From Octopus bimaculoides (Eukaryota): a DNA stretch of 64,000 nt. Where the stretch lies: positions 50,463,792-50,527,791 of the forward strand of contig NC_068983.1 in assembly GCF_001194135.2 (NCBI RefSeq), read 5' to 3'. Position 1 is the first letter of the stretch; each line of letters starts with the position of its first letter. Below, piece by piece: positions 52,817-64,000 of the stretch. The translations under genes were made by a program, and so were the position numbers. Under the pieces are notes generated by a model. It made no database searches and was not told the origin of the DNA. It saw nothing but the letters and a program-made list of their open reading frames with translations.

Positions 52817-54475
52817 CATATAAATATGCATACACATATACATACATATATATGTATATAAGCATATTTGTATATATGCATACTAAAATAAATTACAAGT
52901 TTTCGATCAGTTCGTTATCATTCCACCGTAGACGTGAAATTATATTCCGTGTCTTCGATTGAATATTATCAATATAGTAAGATTTCTCATCGAAAATACA
53001 CTCTCACTGGCTGAATGACTATTTGCCTGACTGAATCACCTTAGCTTACATTTATCTACTTGGCACTTGTATGTTCCGTTGATCTTTTTATCTGTCGATA
53101 TCTTCATTCATATTGGTAGACAAATAAAAGTTACTACACAGTTCAGCAATTGAAATTCATTGCGACTAACAATAAAGTCATTCAGCCGTGTAATAAGACC
53201 AAACTTTCTGTGAATATCATTCAAAGTAATCTACTAAAGACTGTAATGGCTCCTACTACAGTGCAACACAACAAAACTACTATAACACACCATACCCCAC
53301 TATACCGCACCAAATTCTTCGATTGACGCCAGAACGTTGCTGTCTACAGAAAAACATTTGTAATGCCTGTTGGTTTCCAATTTCTCTCCGGGAATTTATT
53401 TATTTTTACTGTTTCTAAAGGATTCATAAATCGGAATTGAGTTGAACTATCATTGATCTTTTGAGCAAGCTGTTTAAGGAACAAAGAAAGATATTTGTAA
53501 TAAAATGCTAAATTTAGAAATCAAGACCTCAAACGCTTTCAATGTAATGTAGTTTGATTGTTTAAGAAGCTAGCTAAATGAATTCGACTGTAAATTCTTC
53601 AGGAATTATCAAAAGATTGATACATAATCTCTCTTCATATTATCTATTTTGGCGTGTTCATGTTTAAGGTAAGCATTAAACCAGATGTTTAGGAAATTAT
53701 TGACAGTGGTCAATGCTATTATAATGCATTCATTTTCTTCAATAGCAACTCTTTTATCACAAAATCGCCATTTAAGTCTGAGGAATACAAATGAATGTTA
53801 CCTACTAAACTCGGTGTCGACAGAAGAGTTTCAGGCTGATTAATCTTAATATTTACAGTTGTATGTTTGTACAGAAGGCTACTGTCACATATGTGTGTAC
53901 TATTTGTGTGCAGTTTGATAATGATTGCCTATTCTTACTTATTAATCTGAAGAAGAGAGTCACTCTATATTTAAATCTTGTAATACCGAGAAATTCATGA
54001 TATGAAAAAATAAAAATAATAAAACTTTTATAAACTCATTGGTTAATAAGCCATGGGACTTAAAAGTATTTCTAAAGAATTAAATGAGTGAGAGTCGGAA
54101 AGTATTTGTGAAGGAGCAAGGATAATTTCCAAATATCCTGCTTCCTCTTGAAAGCAACATGGAAGGTCAGCACAATACCAAGAAGCCTAGGAGTAACTCG
54201 ATGATTCCTAGTCTATTGTGGAAATGCTAAAGTAGGTTCCATACATTCTGGAACATATTAATGCAATTTAATCTATTAGAAGTATGGTCAATAATATATT
54301 CTACTCTGTGAAAAAGCGAACTACTAAATGAGGATTTGAAGTACAATAAAAGCTTATTCTGTTGTTGATATCACACGATTATCACGTTCGAAGTATACGT
54401 TACTTGAGAAATTCTCTACAGTAGCATAGTCTTTTAAACATGTTGCCTAAGCAATCTATTACTGAGGCGTTAAGT

Positions 54476-55336
54476 CATCTGGGTCACCTGGATCACCTAG
54501 ATCACCTGAATCGGCTTCACTGGTCACAGCATTCGCTCCATTCACCTCGTGCTTTCGTCATTCTCCTCCAAGTTGTTCCAAACATGTTTCTTAAATTATC
54601 CTTTCACCTGATTAAAGGATTTCTTAATGGCTTCTTATGCTAGCTCTGATACCACTCAACACCTGCATGGGTCCATTGACCATCTGTGTGCCTTGCATCA
54701 CGGCCGGCCCATTTTAGCTTTGCGATGAAGTCCTTCACCAGTTCTATTCCTGATCTCTTCGTTCCGAATGTGATCTCTGAGCGTGATTCCCAACATCGAT
54801 ACTTCAATGGATTTCTGTGCCGTTAGCAGATGCTGTCCTCTCTTCCTCCATGTCTAGGTCCTGCTGAAAAGATTGATACGACTTGACCTGACTATGTTCG
54901 CCTTCAGCACATCCTTCACCAAGTTGAATGGTCTCCATCCTAATCTTTCAATTCCCGATATCTCATTTTCTATCTCTCGCCTCATAGTCATGAATATTTC
55001 CCTGTTACCATCGCCAGTGAATGTTCTGGTGGAGAAGTATATCAAGCAAGGAGACACCATCTCTCCTAAGCTTTTCACGGCGTGTCTCGAGATGGTCATA
55101 CGAGACATGAACTTTAATGGAGACATAAAAATAAACGGAAAGCCACTGATCCATCTAAGATTCGCTGAGGACATAGCGCTGATAGCGGAGAGCATCGATC
55201 AGCTGCAGATCATGCTGGACGAACTGGATTTTAGGGAACCGGCAGTCAGCCTGGAGACCAACTGTACGAAAGGCGTAGCAATCAGTCACCTAACAGTCTG
55301 GGGTGATGGTATACAAGAGCTGAGCAGCTATGTGTG
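54476..55336 (-). mobile_element. RTE-clade LINE, 5'-truncated, with its 5' segment (55003-55336) inverted
   Basis: + strand 55003-55336 encodes VEK..KQGDTISPKLFTACLE..LIHLRFAEDIALIAES..LQIMLDEL..QELSSYV. - strand 54476-55002 encodes EIENEI..LGW..VKDVLKA..RLLTAQKS..SMLGITLRDHIRNEEIRNRTG..KLKWAG..WTHA.VEWY, with a 9-mer (CAGGTGATC-like) tandem tail. Degenerate TSD at 54457-54475 and 55337-55358. Confidence 0.85.
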
Positions 55337-55684
55337 TATTGTTGAAAAGGCATTAAGTATAAAGGGATTAAACGAAAAGAAATAGGTATTGATAACATAT
55401 TTTTTACAGATGCATATGCAATTTAACGTTGGAATTTAGCAACCAGAAAGATTGGCCGATCACAAGTAAAAGTAATTTAGATATTTAGGTGAATTTTATT
55501 GTATAAAGAAAAAAACAAGTCGACTACAGGACTAGTCATGCTGGCACTCACATAAAAGCCCTAACATACACAAACTTACATGCACACATGCATGCATATA
55601 CACATATACATATGTATATGTATGTATATTTATAGGAATGAATGTACGTATGTATGTAAGTATATATGCATGCATGCATACATG

Positions 55685-56016
55685 CAGTGATGGACTGGGC
55701 AGGTTGCCTCCTTGCCCGATGGCAAGTGGGCACCTGCGCCAGTAGATTCTATATATGGGGGCCCATGTTAGTATCTAAGGGGCCCATCTCCTCAAGTTTG
55801 AGAATTAAAAAAAAATTACTCCTGGAAGAATGCATTAATTATTTCAGCCTGGCTGTGTTTGTAGACAGTTGAAAAGAATACTTTAAAAATATATATATAT
55901 ATAACATTGTAGTTGCAGGTGCGCCCCCTTGTAGTTGCGGGTGGACCCCATTCTAGTTGCGGGTAGACACCCTTAGTCTCCTGGCAACTAATAATTTTAG
56001 AGCCAGTCCGCGGCTG
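55685..56016. mobile_element. hAT-type MITE with internal 22-bp tandem repeats
   Basis: Ends CAGTGATGGACTGG / rc CAGCCGCGGACTGG. 8-bp TSD CATACATG / CATGCATG. Contains GGGGCCC motifs and three copies of TAGTTGC(A/G)GGT..AC.CC at about 55908-55975. Confidence 0.7.
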
Positions 56017-58042
56017 CATGCATGCAGAATTACAATAGTTATGCTGATATGTCAAGCGATCTCACTGAAACAATTTCAGAATGCTTTTTGTTTTGTTCTT
56101 TTCTCCATAAAATAGAAATACAGTATGAATGTACAATAAAGTATTACGATTTTATTTGGAATTTCATCGATAAATAACTATAATTCGTAATTAGCTTGCT
56201 CTTTTCTCAGAGCACAATGAATTAATTTACAGAAATTAAATTAGAGTAAATGTACATTTTGAAAAATAATAAAAATTATAGGAAACTGCTATATATGTCA
56301 CATTCAGTTCAAATATGAAATGTATTCTAATTGATGTTACCACTTCATTAAATAATTTAAATCGTACTGAAATCAGATCGTTTCATAATTGATTTGATAT
56401 AGTACTAATGTTCCCAAAATCGTATTGAACTTACATATGCCACCATCTAATGAGATTGGGGTCAACGGAATATGTGTAACAATGTGTATTTATCTCAAAT
56501 GTCAAAAATATGCTAATTGTATTGATTGATTTAATGATTCCTTGATAATACATTTACATGACCTAATTGTGTTCCGAAAGTTTACAAGGGATATTCACAA
56601 AATGATTACAAGTGTGTCTGGTATATTAGACTCTACAATTGCTTCTACCTCGTTTCTATAGTCTCATTCATAATTGCTATTCAATATCTCCTCATATGCT
56701 TATATTGCCAAAGCATAATATATATATATATATATATATATANNNNNNNNNNNNNNNNNNNNNNNNNNNNNNNNNNNNNNNNNNNNNNNNNNNNNNNNNN
56801 NNNNNNNNNNNNNNNNNNNNNNNNNNNNNNNNNNNNNNNNNNNNNNNNNNNNNNNNNNNNNNNNNNNNNNNNNNNNNNNNNNNNNNNNNNNNNNNNNNNN
56901 NNNNNNNNNNNNNNNNNNNNNNNNNNNNNNNNNNNNNNNNNNNNNNNNNNNNNNNNNNNNNNNNNNNNNNNNNNNNNNNNNNNNNNNNNNNNNNNNNNNN
57001 NNNNNNNNNNNNNNNNNNNNNNNNNNNNNNNNNNNNNNNNNNNNNNNNNNNNNNNNNNNNNNNNNNNNNNNNNNNNNNNNNNNNNNNNNNNNNNNNNNNN
57101 NNNNNNNNNNNNNNNNNNNNNNNNNNNNNNNNNNNNNNNNNNNNNNNNNNNNNNNNNNNNNNNNNNNNNNNNNNNNNNNNNNNNNNNNNNNNNNNNNNNN
57201 NNNNNNNNNNNNNNNNNNNNNNNNNNNNNNNNNNNNNNNNNNNNNNNNNNNNNNNNNNNNNNNNNNNNNNNNNNNNNNNNNNNNNNNNNNNNTATATATA
57301 AATATATGTACATACATATAAGTCATAAATTAGAGGCAATGTAACCATCTAAGGGATAGATGTATCCATAGGCACTCCTGGTATTACCTCAGTATGTATG
57401 GTCCTTGTTATAAGGTATACGGTAGTAGGTAATGTAAATGGTAAACCGTGGTTTAATATATATATATAAAGACGATAAGAAATGGAGTAATAAACAGTGA
57501 AAAGTGGATTGTTGGTGTTATAAAGTCATTATTTAATTAAGAAGAGAGTATATTTACCGCTGTTTCGGTATATCAATCAACGAATATTTTTCCTTCTTTT
57601 TCCTTTCCCTTCCTCACATTTTCTTTCGATTGCTTTTCTATTTATCTGTGCCTCAGCAGTGATTTTCTTAGATACCTCCATCGGTGTATATGCATTTTAA
57701 GTGTAATAATCTTTGACTTGCCTTCAATTCTTACTAGAGTTGGTATAATTCTTGAAAACATGACACTATCGTTGTTTAACGCATGTTTAAAACAAATAAA
57801 CAATAATACGTTAAACGATATAATTGTTTCAGCTTGTCCTTTTAAATGTGTTGAAGATGGGATGTGGACAATGGCTTTGTAAATATGGGATTTCCTGATC
57901 CGTTTTTCTTTCATCGTCTTAAGACATGTTCAAATGACCAAGATGTACGGGAAGACTTATAGAGTGTGTATACAACTGACATTATTACTCGTTTACTCAA
58001 AGTCAACAAACGTTCGTAGATATCTGCAGCAGGCTCAACATT

Positions 58043-58044
58043 AA

Positions 58045-58111
<67 letters not shown>

Positions 58112-58392
58112 CACCACCACTGCTGCTGCTGCTACTACCACTACTACTTGTACGAATAATAATAATAATAACAATAACTACAAAATAATAGTAATATTAA
58201 TAAGTTGTATTTATAAGACGAAAAAGAGGAGGAGGGGAGGGGGAGGAAGTATAGGAAGAAGAAGAAGAAGAAGAAGAAGAAGAAGAAGAAGAAGAAGATG
58301 AAGAAGAAGAAGAAGAAGAAGAAGGAGAAGAAGAAGAAGAAGAAGAAGAAGAAGAAGAAGAAGAAGAAGAAGAAGAAGAAGAAGAAGAAGAA
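58043..58392. repeat. (ACT)n-(ACC)n-(GCT)n, (AAT)n and (GAA)n microsatellite cluster
   Basis: Direct reading. Confidence 0.95.
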
Positions 58393-58850
58393 CAATACAT
58401 TTAAACAAGATATATGCACTTAATTAGAGAAATATCTTTGGGCCTTCCTTATGACTCCTGACCATGCGCAAATCACTGATTTATTAAAAACTAAAGTGAA
58501 AAAAACCAAAAAGAAGTGCATAAACGTGAAGAACGAAATGAATATCATATTTTATGTGTGTATTTTGGGAAATCTCTGTAAGGAATAATTTCTAAGTTTC
58601 ATGGTCAATACGTGGTTAGACACCTACTATGATGATAACAGTTTCAGTCAAAATTAGACCAGTTTCATTCAGGAATATATGTCTTTATATATTTTATAAA
58701 ACAATCAGTACAACAAAGCCGAAGTATTTGTACAGAGAACGTGAGTTAGAAATGTGGTATGAGATAGATGTACTGAACACTACACTTATGATAATTTGGA
58801 AAGTACATTCTTTGGACTTCTTAAAGTCAGCATCCGAGAAATTATTGACA

Positions 58851-58967
58851 GACCAAGAATCCTTCCGTTTTGAGCCACTGCTTCCCTACTGTAACAGACT
58901 ACGAACGTATGGTCAGAATGTCGCAGGAACGAAGTGTAAGCTGGACGCTTGAATCCGCGCCAACCAG
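58851..58967 (+). repeat. ~115-bp diverged direct repeat, copy 1 (copy 2 at 59599-59712)
   Basis: By-eye alignment shows about 17 substitutions and one 3-bp indel. Confidence 0.85.
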
Positions 58968-59172
58968 GTTTCAAAGGCAACGATGATAATACTGATACGG
59001 ACAGAATATACCCAGCAGGCAATGACACTGGGCACGTCCTGGTAAGAAAGGAAAAATGCTAGAAGATAACAATAGAGCGACTAGGGATATTAGAAACATG
59101 AATGGAGAAAAAGATAAGAGTAAAAGAAAAGCCTGACGCAAAACAACAATAAATTTTAAAGAAGTAAATGAA

Positions 59173-59410
59173 AACTAGAGCACTCAGAGAGCGCAAACCT
59201 CCGACAAGGCAACACCTCCGTCCTCTCAACCATTAGCCAGAGATGATTTTTAAAATGGGAATATGTGAAATAAACTCGACTGCTCTCACAAGCGAGAATA
59301 CTAAAAATGTACCCGACTGCTCCCAAAAATTACGTTAAAGAAATGGAAAAATAATCCAGAATCCTTGTCTGATACCAGACCAATCCCCAAATCTAATCAG
59401 TTGTTGCGAT
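59173..59410 (+). mobile_element. Interspersed repeat, possibly Helentron-associated (HINE/DINE-1-like), 3'-truncated
   Basis: Begins AACTAGAGCACTCAGAGAGCGCAAACCTCCGACAAGG and later contains AATCCAGAATCC..CAAATCTAATCAGTT. The class assignment rests on recalled resemblance only. Confidence 0.4.
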
Positions 59411-61454
59411 CGTTTCGGTAATTTGATGCAGTAAAACGTCTGTGTGTAATGAAACCAGGAAAGAAACACGATAGTATTCTGTCAGACAATTGATCCCGAC
59501 TAGCCAAGATATTTCTTTGAAGAGTGAGTAGAATTTAAAAATACATCGATCTAATGTTGATTTCGAAAATTACTAAACAATTCGCATACCTCACACACGA
59601 CAAATCTTTCCTTTTCGAGTCGCTGCTTCCCTACTTTAAGAGACTACGAACATATGGTCAGAATGTCGCAGGAACAAAGTGCAAGCTGGACTTTAGAATC
59701 CGAGTCAACCAGCTGGAGACCAAGGGATTCAACACGAACGGTTTGATAATATCCATATTCCCAGTTGGTTAAAGTTGGCGATCTTTGGAAAATTATCCAA
59801 ATCATTTTCCAAAGCTGGAAAATGTAACGATGGTTACTTGTGACATATGGAAGAGTTATCTATGGATTCTAAATCCCAAGACTCTCCACCAGGCAGATTA
59901 CTTTTCTTTCCTCCCGATATAAACCAAAAACAAAGTCTGGAAGAAACACAATGTAAGTGCGCAGCTTTGATTCAAATCTAATGAGGTATCACTCTAATGT
60001 TGAAAATAGCAAGATTACGTAAATTTTCAATCCGAACTTTTGCATAAATTATATCTCTGGTCAGTTAATTTGGGATTCTCTAACGACACTGATACCTTCA
60101 TTTAACTAAGGTATATTTGGCCTGATGAGTAACTAGCGGCGTAACCCTGGTTGAGTAATGATTATTTCCAGGATTCTGCTAGGTAGGAAAGCCTAAGTTC
60201 TACCTGGTCCATTCTCTCAGTTTGAGTATATATATGTATGTGGTGTATGTGTGTGTGTGTTTGTGTGCGTGTGTGTTTGTGCGTGTGTGTTTGTATTACA
60301 TATAAACATGTGATTTTTTTTATGTATGTGTATGTGTTCCTGTACATAGTAACTTGCCTATGTATTGTTAATAATCTCCGATAATTTCGAATGCAAATAT
60401 GATAATAGATGTTCAGTTCGTCCCAGGAGAATAGCTTCAACTTTATGACGGGGAAATGGATCCGAGATAAAGCCGTACCTTCAGTTTAGGCAAAGCACTG
60501 TAAGCTGATAACATAAAAGAGTCGGGCTTCATTTTGAGGATGCCGAGCTTGTGTTTGGCTACCAGTTCTAGAGTCAACCGACTGTGTAGATACTGTTTCC
60601 TAGCTTAATAAAAGTGTAGAAAAACAGGTGTAGCTTCCGAACTTTTATTACTTTGTCAGTCGCCAAATAAATGTATCATATTGAGATTCTGGAATATATT
60701 GTATATGAATATAACTTAATGAAATTGCGAAGTAGCGAACCGCAGTCAGGTATTTCCATGCATATAGATAGAATTTAAATGAAAATGTCAGTGAATTTCA
60801 CAAAATAGCAGAGAAACTATAATAGCAATACGCAGTGGAAAGGAAACTATTATTGCATAGACGTGTAAGCTAGCTAAAATGCATTCCAATGCATGAATAA
60901 ACATCTAGTAGACAATGGATATGGTTGACTTACATTTTCTCTAGTGTATAATCTATTTAGATACTAACGGGAATCGAATGGTCTGATTGCATCTCTATAA
61001 CAAGGAAAATATTGGAAATTTCGATATTCGTATTCCTGTGTAATTTTGAAGCGCCATCATATGTGTAACTGTTTATATATATAATCAGGAGCTTATATCG
61101 TCTCACAATAATATAAAATGTAGATGTGCAGAAAAAAAATCGGAAAATGGAGGTTCATTATTGTTTGAACTAATTATGTCGATCTTTTCTTCGAAAGTAC
61201 AGAGCAGTCATCAGTATGATTGTTGTATTTCTATAGTCGATTTAATTAATCTAATCATTTGGTAAAATGCTTCCAGATAAAATTTCATTAACGATGTATC
61301 TTTAAATGTATTGTTGTTTGCTTTACAATATCTGACGAGTGAAAAGAAGTTACAAGTAGAACATGCCTTTGGTGTTCGATTTTTTTTTTCTTTTTCATTT
61401 CATTCACTTTGTCAGCTGCGAATAGGAAAAAAATTCGCTCAATCTCCCGCCAAA

Positions 61455-61614
61455 TAACGATGATAATAATGATGATGATATAACAACATTAATGATGATG
61501 ATGATGATGATGATGGTGATGATGATATAACAACTTTAATAATAAGGAATAAGAATAAGATAAGAAGCAGAAGAATAAAGAGAAAAAGAAGAGGAGGAGG
61601 AGGAGGTGGTGGTG

Positions 61615-61663
<49 letters not shown>

Positions 61664-61800
61664 CGAAAAAGAAGAAGAAGAAGAAGAAGAAGAAGAAGAA
61701 GAAGAAGAAGAAGAAGAAGAAGAAGAAGAAGAAGATGATGATGAAGAAGAAGAAGAAGAGGAAGTAGAAGAAGAAGAATAAGAAGAAGAAGAAGAATGAT
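61455..61800. repeat. Compound (GAT)n-(GAG/GGT)-(GTA)n-(GAA)n microsatellite
   Basis: Direct reading. Confidence 0.95.
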
Positions 61801-62048
61801 CGCCATTATTTTGAGGGCAGCCTTTTCAAGAAGCACTCACTTTTTCATCTTCATTACAATATCGATGATCAGAAATAATAATTTTTTCTTAAATCTCCTT
61901 CATTTGATCGAGTTTACCTGAATTTAAAATACAATATCGTGTTAATTTGTTTTATACAAGCTTAAAGCATTAAAAAAAAAAAATTATGTATGTCTTAATA
62001 CTACTACTATTACGATGACAAACATCTACAACAGCAACAATAATAATG

Positions 62049-62260
62049 GTTTCAAATTTTGACTCAGGGCCACCAATTTCGGGATAGAGGTAAGTCGATT
62101 ACATGGACCCCAGTGCTCAACTGGTTCTTATTTAGTTCACCCCGAAAGAATGAAAGGCTCAGTCCACCTCGCCGGGATTAAGATTTAGAATGTAAAGTCA
62201 GACGAAATGCCGCTAAGCATTTTGCCTGGCGCGCTAACAATTTTACCATCATGACAGCTT
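62049..62260 (-). mobile_element. SINE family A, diverged copy
   Basis: ..GTCGATTACATGGACCCCAGTGCTCAACTGGT..CCCCGAAAGAATGAAAGG..GACGAAATGCCGCTAAGCATTTTGCCTGGCGCGCTAAC, collinear with 46243-46410. Confidence 0.8.
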
Positions 62261-62553
62261 AAACAACAACAACAAAAAATAAAATTAATTATAATGATGA
62301 ATTGAATGAAAATGAAGAATAAATTTAATTTCAAATCAACGGAGTGTATAGCAGAAATATTATCGATAATTCAAGTTTTAGAAAACCTTTAATTTTTTTT
62401 CATTTCATATCTTATGAAATTTAAAAGTTATACAACATAAATGAACGAACACAACGTACGAACCAGAGGTACATCAGGTCATACGTTTACCTTGAATGTG
62501 GAAATCTAAAATGTTAAATTTATTTACTGGCATTGAGAAAAACAAGATACGCT

Positions 62554-62685
62554 CAGTTGGAATTTATCCTCTTCCACTGCATTAAGCGAGTCTAGGTAGT
62601 TGGTATGCCAATGCGTCCACCGTTTTCTGGTACTAGGTCAGTATGCGTCGACGTCAAAGCGCTCGGGGTGTAGCGTTTTGTCCAT
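62554..62685 (-). mobile_element. Ty3/Gypsy gag N-terminal relic
   Basis: MDKTLHPERFDVDAY*PSTRKRWTHWHTNYLDSLNAVEEDKFQL resembles the invertebrate Gypsy gag start (MD..LRPERFD.DP...K.W.HW..TF.NFL). It has one in-frame stop and a short deletion. Confidence 0.65.
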
Positions 62686-63293
62686 TTAGGAGAGTAAATT
62701 GTGGTAGTGTAGCAATTCTGAGTTTCGTTAATACAAGAAACTGAAAAGATTGGCCGCAAATAAGCTTTACTCTTCTAGGAATGAGAGTACAGTATCCGTC
62801 AGTAGTAGATTTAGCCAGGAACTTCGCTGGTCAGCAGACAACCATGTTTAAATAACTTTCCTAAACCTTGTTTTCATTCCAAAGCTCCATTTTCATTTCA
62901 AAGCCTCGTTTTCATCTGGTAGTCGTAATATTAAGAATAATAAATATATGTATAGTTATAGTGATAATATTGGTAGCCATTACCACAAACATATCTACGT
63001 TATCTAAGTTATATTAGCGAGGGGTATTCTTCGGTTTTGAGTCTCCAATCAATGATTTGAGATAAATGTTTTACCCATGTGTGGTAGATTCATACACACA
63101 CAAACATGCACACGGATACAAAAACACACATGTCAACGCACACATATGTTTGTATATCATATATCATACATTACATATCATATATCTTATATTTATGTAA
63201 TGTACGTATACTATTATAATTTACACCATTTATAAGTCGTATAAAAATAGCTATATAACAAGAGGGGAATGGAATTTTTAGTATCACGTAATG

Positions 63294-63337
<44 letters not shown>

Positions 63338-64000
63338 ATATGTATATATATGTATATATATGGGGGAGCGCAGTTTGATAGTGAGACAGAGACCGATAGA
63401 AATATTGACAGACACTGTTATAGATATGGATTATTGAAAGCAAGTTACGTTTATTACTAAATTTTGCAGACGAGTATTATTAATGCATTTGCTCTGATTC
63501 TTTGAATAAATAGTTTTAGAATATAAAATATGCCGCTCTCATTGAAATTTAATCATGACTGGAAGTACAACAGTTAAGTCATTGAAATTTGTTATTTTCG
63601 ATAGTAACATTTTTGAAAAGTGTGGTTTTCCACTAATGAATAATGCAAGTGAATACATACTTGACTGCATCTACAGAGCTCGCACACCTAAGAATTAATA
63701 ATTACATACTGACTGTGTAACAATAGCAACCCTACAGATATTGACATTCACCAGAATTAATGGCAATCACCGCCGTTACACGGGATACATTTAGTATATT
63801 GACATATAACCATAAGTCTCACACAAATGAATACATTTTCATTCAAAGAAATAATTCTTTGTGTAGACATTCCATTGTCTGAAAGGAAATTCTGATTTAA
63901 TAAGTTTTACTTCATATATTGGAAGCCATTCTTTCTCTTATGATCCCGTATTTGGACTGAGGCAAACGAAACGAAGTGTATGCATTACCGCTATATGTAT

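Overview
This is AT-rich, repeat-dense eukaryotic DNA with about 5 kb of N gaps. It is most likely intronic or intergenic sequence of an octopod cephalopod, inferred from the tRNA-headed SINE types and the density of (AT)n/(AC)n/(AAT)n microsatellites. I found no intact protein-coding gene, rRNA, tRNA gene or CRISPR array. Almost all ORFs in the supplied track are microsatellite or gap artefacts, or antisense shadows of transposon relics. The recognisable content is mobile DNA: (1) many tRNA-derived SINEs of at least 3 families, several with clear TSDs; (2) five decayed R4/Dong-like restriction-like-endonuclease (RLE) LINE pieces, plus a non-tRNA SINE-like family sitting in (TAA)n tracts; (3) an RTE LINE with a 5' inversion; (4) Penelope-like RT and Gypsy gag relics; (5) mariner derivatives, one made of two inverted 5' ends and interrupted by a Merlin-like MITE carrying TTAGGG repeats; (6) two hAT-type MITEs. 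The most interesting observations are structural: a SINE-LINE chimera joined at a microhomology, a twin-priming-like RTE inversion, the nested mariner/Merlin/TTAGGG element, and two long near-perfect inverted repeats. A few isolated micro-exon candidates are noted at low confidence. All alignments and translations were done by eye; no database search was run.
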